A stretch of 64,000 nucleotides of DNA, taken from positions 30,837-94,836 of the forward strand of contig JAEYHZ010000015.1 in the NCBI GenBank assembly GCA_023409265.1. The letters are read 5' to 3'. The position numbers were made by a program, and so were the translations under genes. The stretch's first letter is position 1. The number at the start of each line of letters is the position of its first letter. The notes under the pieces are model-generated. The model ran no database searches. It was not told where the DNA came from and saw only the letters and a list, made by a program, of their open reading frames with translations. Of the stretch, positions 50,298 through 60,734 are shown in pieces. This stretch comes from Bacillota bacterium. Lineage in GTDB: Bacteria > Bacillota > Clostridia > Acetivibrionales > DSM-1351.

Positions 50298-51056
50298 GTG
50301 AGTAATAATATACAGGTAATTGACAGAGCTTTAGATATACTGGAAATATTAAGTATTGAAAAGGAAGGGCTTGGAGTAACCGAAATCGGCAACAGACTGG
50401 CTCTGCACAAGAGTACTGTACATAGGATTGTTTCAGCATTGGCTGAGAGAGGTTATATCGAAAAGGTTTCCAACAAATCTGTTTACAGGTTAGGGTTGAA
50501 GCTTATTGAGCTCAGTAGTGTGTATCTAAACAATGTAGAACTTAAAACCGAAGCCAGACCTTATCTTAAAGAGCTCTCACTGAAATATAATCTTGCAGCC
50601 CATATTGCAATTCTGGACGGGTGTGATGCAGTTTATATTGATAAGTTCGACACTGTTGGAGATATCAGGCTTTATTCACAAATCGGCCGGAGAATACAGG
50701 TACACTGTTCGGGCTTGGGCAAGAGTCTGGTATCCGGACTTAGTGACAGTGAAATTGATGAACTGATGTCCGGATATGAGTTTACCAGATATACTTCTCA
50801 CACTATTAGAAGCCTTGAAGAATTTAAAAAGCAGATTAATGAGATCCGCAGGTTGGGATATGCTCTTGATGATGAGGAGCATGATGAGCAGATACGTTGT
50901 GTTGCGGCACCCATTTATGATTACAGGGATAATGTAATTGCTGCCGTCAGTGTTGCAGGGCCCACAGACATTATCAGCAGGGAGAAGGATGCCGAGATTG
51001 GTGCCTTTGTAAGGAATATTTCAAAAAAAATATCAAGAAGAATGGGACACAAGTAA
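50298..51056 (+). CDS. IclR-family regulator (KdgR-like)
   Basis: IQVIDRALDIL, LHKSTVHRI, HCSGLGK, GYALDDEE, CVAAPI; upstream of kduI-kduD. Confidence 0.92.
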   Translation: MSNNIQVIDRALDILEILSIEKEGLGVTEIGNRLALHKSTVHRIVSALAERGYIEKVSNKSVYRLGLKLIELSSVYLNNVELKTEARPYLKELSLKYNLAAHIAILDGCDAVYIDKFDTVGDIRLYSQIGRRIQVHCSGLGKSLVSGLSDSEIDELMSGYEFTRYTSHTIRSLEEFKKQINEIRRLGYALDDEEHDEQIRCVAAPIYDYRDNVIAAVSVAGPTDIISREKDAEIGAFVRNISKKISRRMGHK

Positions 51057-51071
51057 TTTTTTGCTACATTG

Positions 51072-51097
51072 TGAAACTTGGTTTCATAATGTGAAAC
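51072..51097. promoter_or_regulatory. Putative IclR/KdgR-type operator for kduI-kduD
   Basis: TGAAAC-ttg-GTTTCA-taatg-TGAAAC, two overlapping palindromes. Confidence 0.75.
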
Positions 51098-51274
51098 AAA
51101 GGTTGATTCTTGTTATATATTAACTATATTTTTAAGGCAGCAAATATTTAGAATTATAAAATGCCAAAAATTGCACAATATCGAAGTTCTTAAGGAAAAA
51201 TTTTAAATTATTTATTAAATAATATTAAAAATAAATTTTAAATAAATAAAAATTTTTAAATAAAAATTTTTTTG

Positions 51275-51339
51275 AATCGATATTTAAAATCGATATTCAA
51301 AATCAGTATTTAAAAGCAACATTTAAAATTAATATTTAA
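51275..51339. repeat. Degenerate tandem repeat, 5 x 13 bp, in the kduI leader
   Basis: aatcgatatttaa aatcgatattcaa aatcagtatttaa aagcaacatttaa aattaatatttaa. Confidence 0.75.
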
Positions 51340-51357
51340 AATAAGGAGGAATTAATT

Positions 51358-52185
51358 ATGGAAACCAGATTTGCTTCAAACCCAATGGATGTTAAACACT
51401 ATGATACTGAAAGACTTCGCAGTGAATTTTTGATTCAAGAATCATTTGTTCCAGGTTCTGTAAAGATGGTATACAGCCATGTGGACAGGATAATAACGGG
51501 TGCGGCTTGCCCTGTAGAGCCCTTGAAGCTTGAGGCGGGAGAGGAGTTAAGAGCAGCATATTTTCTGGAAAGAAGGGAAATAGGAATTATTAATATCGGT
51601 GCCGGCGGAAAAATTACTGTGGATGGTGTGGAATACAAGATTGCCAGCAGAGATGGATTATATATAGGGAGGGGCTCAAAGGACATAGTTTTTTCAAGCG
51701 ACGATCCCTCCAATCCGTCTAAGTTTTACTTTAACAGTGCTCCCGCTCACACTACATATCCTACTGAAAAAATTGAAATAAGCAGGGCGGAACCTGACAG
51801 ACTTGGAACGATGGAAACCTCCAATAAAAGAACAATCTACAAGTATATTCATCCCAACGGGGTAAAGAGCTGTCAGCTTGTAATGGGAATGACCGTCCTT
51901 GAACCCGGCAGTGTATGGAACACAATGCCCTGCCACACACATGACAGAAGAATGGAGGTTTATCTGTATTTTGATATTCCCGAAACGGCAGTAGTATTTC
52001 ACTATATGGGGGAACCAACTGAGACCAGACATATTGTGGTAAGAAATGAGGAAGCCGTTATTTCTCCAAGCTGGTCAATTCACTCGGGCTGTGCCACTCA
52101 AAATTATACTTTTATTTGGGGAATGGTGGGAGAAAATCAAGTGTTCGCAGATATGGATCCGGTGGATATGAAAACACTGGCTTAA
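51358..52185 (+). CDS. kduI: 5-dehydro-4-deoxy-D-glucuronate isomerase
   Basis: YSHVDR, FLERREIG, WNTMPCHTHDRRMEVY, SPSWSIHSG. Confidence 0.96.
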   Translation: METRFASNPMDVKHYDTERLRSEFLIQESFVPGSVKMVYSHVDRIITGAACPVEPLKLEAGEELRAAYFLERREIGIINIGAGGKITVDGVEYKIASRDGLYIGRGSKDIVFSSDDPSNPSKFYFNSAPAHTTYPTEKIEISRAEPDRLGTMETSNKRTIYKYIHPNGVKSCQLVMGMTVLEPGSVWNTMPCHTHDRRMEVYLYFDIPETAVVFHYMGEPTETRHIVVRNEEAVISPSWSIHSGCATQNYTFIWGMVGENQVFADMDPVDMKTLA

Positions 52186-52212
52186 AACAGTACAGGCATA
52201 AGGAGGTAATTT

Positions 52213-52974
52213 ATGATACTTGATAGTTTTAAACTTGACGGAAAGGTTGCAATTGTTACCGGTGCCAGCACCGGTCTTGGCCAGGGGATGGCAATTGCCC
52301 TTGCTGAAGCAGGGGCCCATGTAGTGGGAGTAAGTTCAGGCACTATGGAGGAAACCCAACAAAAAATAGAAGGGCTTGGGAGGAGTTTTTTGGCCATTCG
52401 AGCTGATCTGACAAGTATAGAACCCATCGGAAATATTATTGATAAAACAACAGAGCACTTTGGGAGAATTGATATATTAGTAAATAATGCAGGAATAATC
52501 AGAAGAGAGGATGCAATAAATTTCCCCGAAAAAGATTGGGATGATGTAATAAATATTAACCTGAAAACAGTATTCTTCTTTAGTCAGGCAGCTGCGAGGA
52601 AATTTATTGAACAGGGCTCGGGCGGTAAAATAATTAATATAGCTTCTATGCTTTCATATCAGGGAGGGATCAGAGTTCCATCCTATACAGCCAGCAAGAG
52701 CGCAGTAACGGGTATTACAAAATCACTTGCCAATGAGTGGGCAAAATTTAATATTAATGTCAATGCCATAGCACCGGGATATATGATAACAAACAACACA
52801 GCCCCCCTCAGGGCTGACGAAAGCAGAAGTTCCGCCATACTGGAGCGAATACCTGCAGGACGCTGGGGGACTCCTGAAGATATGAAAGGAGCTGTTGTAT
52901 TTCTGGCTTCCGGGGCTTCTGATTATGTAAATGGTTTTACTTTTGCTGTTGATGGTGGTTGGCTGGCAAGATAA
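52213..52974 (+). CDS. kduD: 2-dehydro-3-deoxy-D-gluconate 5-dehydrogenase
   Basis: SDR motifs [36 protein letters not shown]; follows kduI. Confidence 0.96.
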   Translation: MILDSFKLDGKVAIVTGASTGLGQGMAIALAEAGAHVVGVSSGTMEETQQKIEGLGRSFLAIRADLTSIEPIGNIIDKTTEHFGRIDILVNNAGIIRREDAINFPEKDWDDVININLKTVFFFSQAAARKFIEQGSGGKIINIASMLSYQGGIRVPSYTASKSAVTGITKSLANEWAKFNINVNAIAPGYMITNNTAPLRADESRSSAILERIPAGRWGTPEDMKGAVVFLASGASDYVNGFTFAVDGGWLAR

Positions 52975-53137
52975 CGGTTTTGAACCGGTTCACTGTGCAG
53001 AAAAGTATGAAAAGTTTGCCTATTCCAGTATATTCGGTTTCAGTGTACCCAGGGGGAACTTTGGGCTTCATCAGCTTGCAGGGGATTCCATGCTTGCTCT
53101 CAGCGAGGGTGATGATACAGGCGCAAAACTGCGGAGT

Positions 53138-53173
53138 ACAACAAAAAAACACCGGGAGGTGTTTTTTTGTTGT
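53138..53173 (+). terminator. Intrinsic terminator after kduD
   Basis: acaacaaaaaaacacc-ggga-ggtgtttttttgttgt. Confidence 0.88.
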
Positions 53174-53190
53174 TAGGGTTATGGAATATA

Positions 53191-53246
53191 TTGACTGCAT
53201 GGTCAATCAGATTTATACTATTATCAGTAATTGACCGCGTGGTCAA
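53191..53246 (+). promoter_or_regulatory. Sigma-A promoter with twin TetR-type operators
   Basis: TTGAC-N6-GTCAA at 53191-53206 and 53231-53246; TTGACT-17 bp-TATACT; TetR gene in the operon. Confidence 0.8.
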
Positions 53247-53268
53247 AAAATGGAGATTTTAAAGGAGA

Positions 53269-54036
53269 GTGAAAAGTATGTTATTTAAAGAGTTTGGTGA
53301 CCGTAACCGGCCTGTTATTATTTTATTGCATGGTGGAGGATTGTCCTGGTGGTCATTGCAGAAACAAATAGAAGTGTTACAGAAAAAATATTATGTAGTG
53401 ACGCCAATTATCGACGGACATGGTGAGGACTGTAGTACTGTATTTACAAGCATAGAAAAAGCAGCCGATAAAGTTATAGATTATATAAAGAAAAATCACA
53501 ATGGAAGGGTATACGCAATATGCGGACTATCAATAGGTGCTCAGATTGTTGTTGAGGTCCTGTCCCGTGATGGAAATATTTCTGAAAACGCAGTAGTAGA
53601 AAGTGCTTTGCTTTATCCTTTAAAGATTTCTGCTGCATTGGCAGTACCAACATACAATCTTTTCTTTGGGCTCATTAAAAAAAGATGGTATGCTAAATTA
53701 CAGGCAAAGGCTTTGAATATACCCGGGCTTTTATTTGAAAACTACTATAATGATAGTATAAAAATAACTAAAGAATCATTAATAAATATGACAAAAAGTA
53801 ATGGTAGCTATGCTCTTCCAACAGGTATCAGCAATACCGCGGCAAGGACTTTAATATTGGTTGGAGAGAAAGAACTGCCAATAATGAAGAAATCGGCTGT
53901 GCTCCTCAATACTAAAATAAAAGGAAGTAAATTACAAATTATAGAAAAGAGCAGGCATGGTGAAATTAGTTTAGCTAAAACTGAAAAGTATCTTGAGATA
54001 TTACAGCAGTTTTTAAGGAGAAACCCCAATGAATAA
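53269..54036 (+). CDS. Alpha/beta hydrolase
   Basis: LLHGGG, DGHG, GLSIG nucleophile elbow, C-terminal His. Confidence 0.88.
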   Translation: MKSMLFKEFGDRNRPVIILLHGGGLSWWSLQKQIEVLQKKYYVVTPIIDGHGEDCSTVFTSIEKAADKVIDYIKKNHNGRVYAICGLSIGAQIVVEVLSRDGNISENAVVESALLYPLKISAALAVPTYNLFFGLIKKRWYAKLQAKALNIPGLLFENYYNDSIKITKESLINMTKSNGSYALPTGISNTAARTLILVGEKELPIMKKSAVLLNTKIKGSKLQIIEKSRHGEISLAKTEKYLEILQQFLRRNPNE

Positions 54037-54661
54037 TACATTTTCAAACTTGAATGAAGAGAAAAGAGAGAAAATACTTAATGCCTGTCTGGAAGAATTC
54101 GCACTGAAAGGTTATGAGATGGCATCAACCAACAATATAGTAGTGAAGGCCGGAATATCAAAAGGCTTGCTTTTTCACTACTTCGGAAGCAAGAAGAACA
54201 TTTTTTTGTATTTGCTTGATTATGCAATAGAATATTTTATTGATAAGTTTTACAGTTATGATGTTAAAGCATCCGGCGATATTTTTGAAAGAATAATGCA
54301 GCGAGGTGTCATTAAAATGAAAATTGCGGGTGAGAGGCCCCTTTTGTATAAACTTCTTATGGAAGCTTTTGTTGATATGCCAGCAGGTATGGAGGAGGAA
54401 ATGAACCTTAGATATCAGAAAATCTATGCTGAAAATATGCCTGTTGTTTTTGAAAATATTGATTATTCATTATTCAGGGAAGAAATTGATATTAAAAAGG
54501 CGGTAGAATTTATGACACTGTGTTTTGATTCCATCTATAATAAATATATTAAAACAGCAAAGGGGAAAGCTGCGCAACTTAGCCTTGAAGAAGCAGAAAT
54601 TATGGTAAATGAGTACAAAGAATACATTGATATGATAAAATATGGAATATATAAGAAATAA
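54029..54661 (+). CDS. TetR/AcrR-family regulator
   Basis: EEFALKGYEMASTNNIVVKAGISKGLLFHYFGSK. Confidence 0.93.
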   Translation: MNNTFSNLNEEKREKILNACLEEFALKGYEMASTNNIVVKAGISKGLLFHYFGSKKNIFLYLLDYAIEYFIDKFYSYDVKASGDIFERIMQRGVIKMKIAGERPLLYKLLMEAFVDMPAGMEEEMNLRYQKIYAENMPVVFENIDYSLFREEIDIKKAVEFMTLCFDSIYNKYIKTAKGKAAQLSLEEAEIMVNEYKEYIDMIKYGIYKK

Positions 54662-54676
54662 AAAGGAGAAACCGGC

Positions 54677-55093
54677 ATGAAATCTTACCGTAAAGAACTA
54701 TACTTTAATATTCCAAAAAGAAGAGCATATGTTAATATAACCGGTCAGGTTCAAAAGTGCATTGAAGATAGTGGTGTTAAGGAAGGAATGGTTTTAGTCA
54801 ATGCAATGAACATAACAGCAAGTGTATTTGTAAATGATGATGAAGCAGGACTACACCAGGATTTTGAAAAATGGCTGGAGACTTTAGCACCTGAAAAACC
54901 GTATAATCAATATCGACACAATGGTTTTGAAGATAATGCAGATGCACATCTTAAAAGGCAGATTATGGGCCGTGAGGTTGTGGCGGCAATAACTGACGGT
55001 AAACTTGATTTTGGTACCTGGGAACAAATATTCTATGGGGAATATGATGGAAAGAGGGAAAAGAGGGTTCTTGTAAAAATAATCGGAGAGTAA
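54677..55093 (+). CDS. yjbQ: YjbQ/UPF0047 family protein
   Basis: [33 protein letters not shown]. Confidence 0.9.
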   Translation: MKSYRKELYFNIPKRRAYVNITGQVQKCIEDSGVKEGMVLVNAMNITASVFVNDDEAGLHQDFEKWLETLAPEKPYNQYRHNGFEDNADAHLKRQIMGREVVAAITDGKLDFGTWEQIFYGEYDGKREKRVLVKIIGE

Positions 55094-55123
55094 CAGATTT
55101 AGGAATGGTAAGGAATAGAAAAC

Positions 55124-55837
55124 ATGAAAATATGTATAATTAATGGAAGTCCAAGAAAAGGAAATACATACAAAGCAACTCAGATATTTAAAGCCCGCCT
55201 GGAAAATAAAGAAAAAATTGAGTTTACAGAATTTTTTCTCCCCAGAGATTTACCTCATTTTTGCTGCGGTTGTTACAACTGTTTTGAAAGGTCGGAAGAT
55301 AAATGTCCGCATGCCCGGTATACATTACCTATGGAACAAGCTATGAAAGAGGCAGATGCACTTATCATTACTTCACCGGTGTATGTTCTTGCTGAGAGTG
55401 GTGCTGTAAAGGCATTTCTTGACCATTATGGATATATGTATCTGCCTCACAGACCAATGGAAGAGATGTTTACCAAAGTGGGAATGGTAATTTCCACAAC
55501 AGCCGGAGCCGGGACCGCTCTTACAATCAAAACCATATCCAAAAGCCTGAGTTATTGGGGTGTAAAGAGAGTCTTCAAGTGTGGACTAAGGCTTTTAGAT
55601 AAAAATTGGGAGGATATGAAACCGAAAAAACAGCGGAAATTTGAAGAAAAGCTTTTTAAGAAAGCAGACAAATTTTATAAGGCAGTAAAAGAGAAAGATA
55701 AATTACATACCAGAATTCACACCAGATTTGTATTTATGATGATCAAAAAAATGCTGTCCGGTTGCGAGGATACTCATACTGATAAAAAATACTGGATAAA
55801 TAAAGGCTGGGTGAATGGACAAAACAAACCGTTTTAA
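55124..55837 (+). CDS. Flavodoxin-like NAD(P)H-dependent FMN reductase / iron-sulfur flavoprotein
   Basis: NGSPRKGNT, CCGCYNC.....KC, TSPVY. Confidence 0.85.
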   Translation: MKICIINGSPRKGNTYKATQIFKARLENKEKIEFTEFFLPRDLPHFCCGCYNCFERSEDKCPHARYTLPMEQAMKEADALIITSPVYVLAESGAVKAFLDHYGYMYLPHRPMEEMFTKVGMVISTTAGAGTALTIKTISKSLSYWGVKRVFKCGLRLLDKNWEDMKPKKQRKFEEKLFKKADKFYKAVKEKDKLHTRIHTRFVFMMIKKMLSGCEDTHTDKKYWINKGWVNGQNKPF

Positions 55838-56181
55838 CACTGTTTCCGAAAGTTCCTTCTCAAAGCTGAAGTTCCAAAAGGTCACAGCTTTTTATATTTT
55901 CATAGATTTTGCTGAACTAATACATAACTACTAAATCTGTGATAGTTTATAGGTAAATTTAACTAAAATCTGTATCTTAAATTAATGAGATATAGACAGT
56001 AATCTACTTGACTCACAACATGCCAAATAATACAATTGTTACAATATTTTAACCCAAATTTTAATTGGATCAAAGCAGGGTGGACTGTTGAGCAAATGTA
56101 TTATGCTTCATCCTGAGTATCCATGTTATAAAGGATGAAGGTACCATTTTTATTACGACGATATTTTTAAGGGAGTGTCAT

Positions 56182-56814
56182 ATGTTTTTTAAGGGATTTA
56201 AGTTTGGACTATTGCTTCAGATAGCGATAGGACCGGTTTTTATATTTGTTTTAAAGACAGCCACAGAGTCGGGAATCCTCGCTGCTGAGGCTGCTGTATT
56301 GGCTGCAACACTGGTTGACGCACTTTTTGTATTGCTTGCCATTTTAGGTATAGGAAAGTTAATTGATAAAAAGGGCTTTAAAACAGTCTTGAAATATTTT
56401 GGAATAGTAATTTTATTATATTTTGGTGCGGGTACTTTTCTGGGAGCCTTGGATATACATATCATCCCTGGTATAGGAGGCCTTGCAGAAACCAGGAGTA
56501 CATCAAGCTCATTTCTTCTGTGCCTTGTTTTAACTGCATCAAATCCATTAACCATCCTGTTCTGGACAGGGGTATTTGCTTCAAAAATTTCAACCGGGTC
56601 ATTTACCAGATCTGATATGTATTTATTCGGTGCAGGTACTGTTATGACTACTTTTGTATTTTTAGGTGTTGTGGCTTTTCTTGCAGGACTTCTGGAGCCA
56701 ATTATGACAGAAGGTATCATTAAGGCTTTAAATATAACAGTTGGTTTAATTCTGATTGCTTTTTCTGTAAATATGCTTTTCAAAAAAAACGAAGTAGCTA
56801 TAAAAGCAGAATAG
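56182..56814 (+). CDS. LysE-family exporter
   Basis: GF.FGLLLQIAIGP, LTASNPLTILFW; six TM segments. Confidence 0.88.
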   Translation: MFFKGFKFGLLLQIAIGPVFIFVLKTATESGILAAEAAVLAATLVDALFVLLAILGIGKLIDKKGFKTVLKYFGIVILLYFGAGTFLGALDIHIIPGIGGLAETRSTSSSFLLCLVLTASNPLTILFWTGVFASKISTGSFTRSDMYLFGAGTVMTTFVFLGVVAFLAGLLEPIMTEGIIKALNITVGLILIAFSVNMLFKKNEVAIKAE

Positions 56815-56844
56815 TATAAAGGGATAGTACAATTTTGAGTTCCG

Positions 56845-56891
56845 AAACATATGTTCGGATCATTGTCTTGTTTCCAATTGTAGGATATAAT
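56845..56891 (+). promoter_or_regulatory. LexA (SOS) box plus sigma-A promoter
   Basis: AAAC-ATAT-GTTC (reverse strand CGAACATATGTTTC) at 56845-56856; TTGTCT-17 bp-TATAAT at 56863-56891. Confidence 0.7.
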
Positions 56892-56920
56892 GGATATAAG
56901 TTTGATACTGGAGGTTTAAA

Positions 56921-57790
56921 ATGAAAACAGTAAACGAAAGATATGATGAATTAATTGAAAAGATTACCTGGTTTGCTAAAAAAAGAGATGATATTAGAGC
57001 TGTAATAATAATGGGTTCCCGCGCAAGAAAGGATGTGCCTGCAGATGACTGGTCTGATCTGGATATAAGTATTATTACTTCAACTCCAGATTACTATATA
57101 GACAATGAAAATTGGATGGGAGATATAAGCGCCTACTGGCTTACTTTTGTTGAAAAAATTGCTTCAGGTGATGGAATGGAGAGAAGAGTCCTGTTCGAAA
57201 ATGGACTGGACGTGGATTTTGCCATTATGCCTCTTCAGGTTATTGAACAAATGAGAATTCATGGTGTTCCTGAAGATGTAAAATACTCATTAATACGCGG
57301 CACTAGAATTATTATTGATAAAGATGGTATTTTTGAATGGCTTCTGGCTGCTGATCTTAAGCTTGAAACTCCAGTACCGCCTTCAGAAAAGGAGTATATG
57401 AATCTGGTAAATGATTTTATTTATCATTTTGTATGGACATTAAAGAAGCTTAAAAGAAATGAACTTTGGACTGCCAAAGGTTGCTCGGATAATTATATGA
57501 AATGGCAGTTGTTAAGAATGGCCGAGTGGCATGCCCGTGCTTTAAATGGAAACAGCTACGATACCTGGCATGCCGGAAGATTTATTGAAAAGTGGGCAGA
57601 CCCAAGAGTGGTTTCCGGGCTTAAAAAAGCTTTTGCTCATTTTGATTCCGAAGACATAAAAAAGTCATTAAGAGAAACTTACAATCTTTTTAGAATGATG
57701 GCAATAGAGGTGGCAGACAAATTGAGTTTCATTTACCCTGCAGAAAATGAGGAAAAAGTTTTAAAGTGGGCCGAAGATAACCTTATGTAA
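56921..57790 (+). CDS. Aminoglycoside 6-adenylyltransferase-like nucleotidyltransferase (substrate uncertain)
   Basis: IRAV...GSRAR....DDWSDLD, VLFENGLDVDF, GRFIEKW. Confidence 0.75.
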   Translation: MKTVNERYDELIEKITWFAKKRDDIRAVIIMGSRARKDVPADDWSDLDISIITSTPDYYIDNENWMGDISAYWLTFVEKIASGDGMERRVLFENGLDVDFAIMPLQVIEQMRIHGVPEDVKYSLIRGTRIIIDKDGIFEWLLAADLKLETPVPPSEKEYMNLVNDFIYHFVWTLKKLKRNELWTAKGCSDNYMKWQLLRMAEWHARALNGNSYDTWHAGRFIEKWADPRVVSGLKKAFAHFDSEDIKKSLRETYNLFRMMAIEVADKLSFIYPAENEEKVLKWAEDNLM

Positions 57791-57827
57791 ATTATTGAAA
57801 TAACTATAAATATCGAGGGGACTTCCA

Positions 57828-58442
57828 ATGGAAAATTTTAACGAAAAGGCTCTGAACTGGGATAACGAACCCAGGAGACTTGAAAGGGCCAGGGGAGTAG
57901 CCGATAATATACGCAACGCTCTTCCTAGTCTGCAACATATGAAGGGGTTGGAATATGGCTGCGGAACAGGTTTATTAAGCTTTGAACTTCAGAAAGACTT
58001 TTCAGAAATCACTTTGGCAGATAATTCAGAGGGAATGCTGGACGTAGTCAAACAAAAGATAGCAGTGTCAAATATAAGAAATATGACTCCCAAGCATCTG
58101 GATTTAACCAGGTCATCAATGGATGAAAAGTTTGATGTTATTTATACACTTATGACCCTTCACCATATATTGGATATTGATAAAATAATCAGTGAGTTCC
58201 GGAACCTGTTAAATCCCTCAGGTTACTTGTGTATAGCTGATTTGACCGAAGAGGATGGTACATTTCACGGTCAGGATTTTATCGGGCATAAGGGATTTAA
58301 AAGGGAATATCTGATGGGGATTCTAAACAGATTTGGATTCAAGGAGTTATGCTGGAAGATATGCTATAATAACTTGAAAAGATGTGAAGATGGAACAGAA
58401 AAGAGCTATCCGATATTTCTACTAATAGTTCAAAAAGAATAA
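57828..58442 (+). CDS. Class I SAM-dependent methyltransferase
   Basis: LEYGCGTG, DNSEGML, FDVIY..MTLHHI. Confidence 0.9.
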   Translation: MENFNEKALNWDNEPRRLERARGVADNIRNALPSLQHMKGLEYGCGTGLLSFELQKDFSEITLADNSEGMLDVVKQKIAVSNIRNMTPKHLDLTRSSMDEKFDVIYTLMTLHHILDIDKIISEFRNLLNPSGYLCIADLTEEDGTFHGQDFIGHKGFKREYLMGILNRFGFKELCWKICYNNLKRCEDGTEKSYPIFLLIVQKE

Positions 58443-58508
58443 GCGTAATTGTTATGTCGTAAAATCACATTAAGTCAAAATTGAGGATATTAGGTTTCAG
58501 GAGGTATT

Positions 58509-59072
58509 ATGTTTTATATTCGGGTGAACGAAGATATTGAATTACGGAGCCTTGAAAACAAAAATGCCAAAGAGCTGTATCATTTAATTGATAACAATCG
58601 TTTATATTTAAGAGAATGGCTTCCATGGGTAGGGGGCACTACAAGTGTGGAAGTTATAAAACAATTTATAAAATCTTCAAAAAAGCAGCAAGCAGATAAT
58701 AATGGATTTCAGGCGGGCATTTTTTACAAGGGTAAAATTGCAGGAATTGCAGGGCTTCATGGTATAGACTGGAGCAATAAGAAAACCTCAATAGGTTATT
58801 GGATGGCGGCAGAGTACCAGGGGAATGGTATAATGACACAATGCTGCAAAGCCATTATTAATCATGTTATTAAGGAACTTGGCTTAAACCGGGTTGAAAT
58901 ACGGGCTGCTGAATTTAACAAAAAAAGCAGGGCAGTTCCTGAAAGGCTTGGATTTACGATGGAGGGCATATCAAGACAGGTTGAATGGCTGTATGATCAC
59001 TATGCGGACCATGTAATATATGCAATTCTGGCAAAGGATTGGGAAATTATTAATCAAAAACAGGAGGAATAG
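58509..59072 (+). CDS. RimL/YdaF-like GNAT acetyltransferase
   Basis: NRLYLREWLPWV, IGYW....QGNGIMT, N.KSRAVPERLGF..EG. Confidence 0.9.
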   Translation: MFYIRVNEDIELRSLENKNAKELYHLIDNNRLYLREWLPWVGGTTSVEVIKQFIKSSKKQQADNNGFQAGIFYKGKIAGIAGLHGIDWSNKKTSIGYWMAAEYQGNGIMTQCCKAIINHVIKELGLNRVEIRAAEFNKKSRAVPERLGFTMEGISRQVEWLYDHYADHVIYAILAKDWEIINQKQEE

Positions 59073-59074
59073 GA

Positions 59075-59338
59075 ATGGAAGACTGGGACGTGGTAGTGGG
59101 AGCATTAGGCTTTACAGTATTACTCGTTACGCCTTATATAATTAACAAACTGATAAAATTCAAACTGGAGATTGCCAGAATAAATGCTGAAACAACTATT
59201 AAAGCAGAAGAGATCCGTGCTAAAAATCAGCTGGAAATTGAGATGCTTCTTAGGCAGGAAGGCAGAGCAAGAAAGAGTGACTATGATGTAGATGAGGATT
59301 ATTATGAATCCCCTGACAGAATAAAAAGAAGAGTTTAA
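59075..59338 (+). CDS. Small hypothetical protein with an N-terminal TM helix
   Basis: AGGAGG RBS; tightly packed between neighbouring genes. Confidence 0.65.
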   Translation: MEDWDVVVGALGFTVLLVTPYIINKLIKFKLEIARINAETTIKAEEIRAKNQLEIEMLLRQEGRARKSDYDVDEDYYESPDRIKRRV

Positions 59339-59355
59339 ATATAAAGGAGATCAGC

Positions 59356-60078
59356 ATGTTGCCAAAAGCAATTTTGTTTGATCTGGACGATACCATTATT
59401 TCATTTGATGGAGCAGCTGATACTGCATGGGAGATTATCTGTAATTCATTTGTAATGGAGATGAAAACCTCTTTTGATGAAAAGACCCTTCTTGAAAGTG
59501 TAAATAACGTAAGAACTTGGTATTGGGGCGATCCAGACAGACACAGAGTTGGAAGACTTAATATGATTCAGGCCAGAAGAGACATTGTTAAAATGGCCCT
59601 GGAGAATTTGGGATATACCGAAGTAGAAAACGGCAGGAGGATGGCTGACAATTACAGCAAGCTTCAGGATGAACTAATATGCATGTTTCCTGATTCGCAG
59701 GTTACTTTGGAAAAGCTGAAGCACTTGGGAGTCAGAATGGCTTTAATAACAAATGGAACCTCTGAAAAGCAAAGAAGCAAAATTGACAGGTTTTGTTTAT
59801 CCGGCTTTTTTGAGTTTTGTCTTATTGAAGGTGAGGTAGGCTTTGGAAAGCCGGATGTAAGGGTATTTGAAATAGCGCTCAAAAAACTGGGGTTAAGTGC
59901 AAATGAGGTCTGGATGGTTGGAGACAATCTGACCTGGGATATTGAAGCACCACAGAAACTGGGTATTTTCTCAATATGGAATGATTTTGAAAAAAAAGGG
60001 CTTCCGGCTGAATCAACTGTTAGGCCTGATAAGATAATAAATTCAATTTCCGAATTAATTGGTGAGGACGTTTTATGA
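59356..60078 (+). CDS. HAD-superfamily hydrolase (IA)
   Basis: FDLDDT, ITNG, KPD, VGDNLTWDI. Confidence 0.9.
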   Translation: MLPKAILFDLDDTIISFDGAADTAWEIICNSFVMEMKTSFDEKTLLESVNNVRTWYWGDPDRHRVGRLNMIQARRDIVKMALENLGYTEVENGRRMADNYSKLQDELICMFPDSQVTLEKLKHLGVRMALITNGTSEKQRSKIDRFCLSGFFEFCLIEGEVGFGKPDVRVFEIALKKLGLSANEVWMVGDNLTWDIEAPQKLGIFSIWNDFEKKGLPAESTVRPDKIINSISELIGEDVL

Positions 60079-60701
60079 CAAAAGCAGATGTTAGTGAAAA
60101 CAGTAAAAGTAAAATTATGGAAACTGACAGGTTGATCATAAGGAATTTCAGCGAAGACGACTGGGAAGATCTATATGAGTATTTATCGCAGAAGGAAGTA
60201 CTCAGGTATGAACCCGGGGGCCCGAGTAGTCAGGAGGAGTGCAGGCAAATGGCCGCTGACCGTTCAAAGGGTAATAGTTTCTGGGCTGTATGTCTAAAGG
60301 AAAATGGTAAAATGATCGGTCACTTATATTTCCAGCAAACAGAACCTGCTGAATTCCTAACCTGGGAGCTGGGATACATATTTAATCCGTCTTATTACCG
60401 GAAAGGCTATGCTACAGAAGCCTCAAAAAGAATAGTTCGATATGCTTTCGATGAGTTGGGAGCCCACAGAATTGTTGCAATGTGTAACCCTGAAAACACT
60501 GCTTCATGGAGGTTAATGGAGCGTCTTCATATGAGACGTGAAGGATGTTTCATAAAGAAGGCATTTTTCAGGAGAAACGAAGAGGGGTCCCCGATCTGGC
60601 ATGATGCCTATGAATATGCTATTTTACATGAGGATTGGGTTAAATTGGAGAGCAAGCTTCACTTTAATGAAACAGCTATTAATTATGATCAAAGAAGCTA
60701 A
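60075..60701 (+). CDS. RimJ-like GNAT acetyltransferase
   Basis: ETDRLIIR, ELGY......RKGYATEA, N.ASWRLMERL. Confidence 0.9.
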   Translation: MTKADVSENSKSKIMETDRLIIRNFSEDDWEDLYEYLSQKEVLRYEPGGPSSQEECRQMAADRSKGNSFWAVCLKENGKMIGHLYFQQTEPAEFLTWELGYIFNPSYYRKGYATEASKRIVRYAFDELGAHRIVAMCNPENTASWRLMERLHMRREGCFIKKAFFRRNEEGSPIWHDAYEYAILHEDWVKLESKLHFNETAINYDQRS

Positions 60702-60734
60702 CATTTACAGTCATGAAGGAGTGGAATTCTTGTG

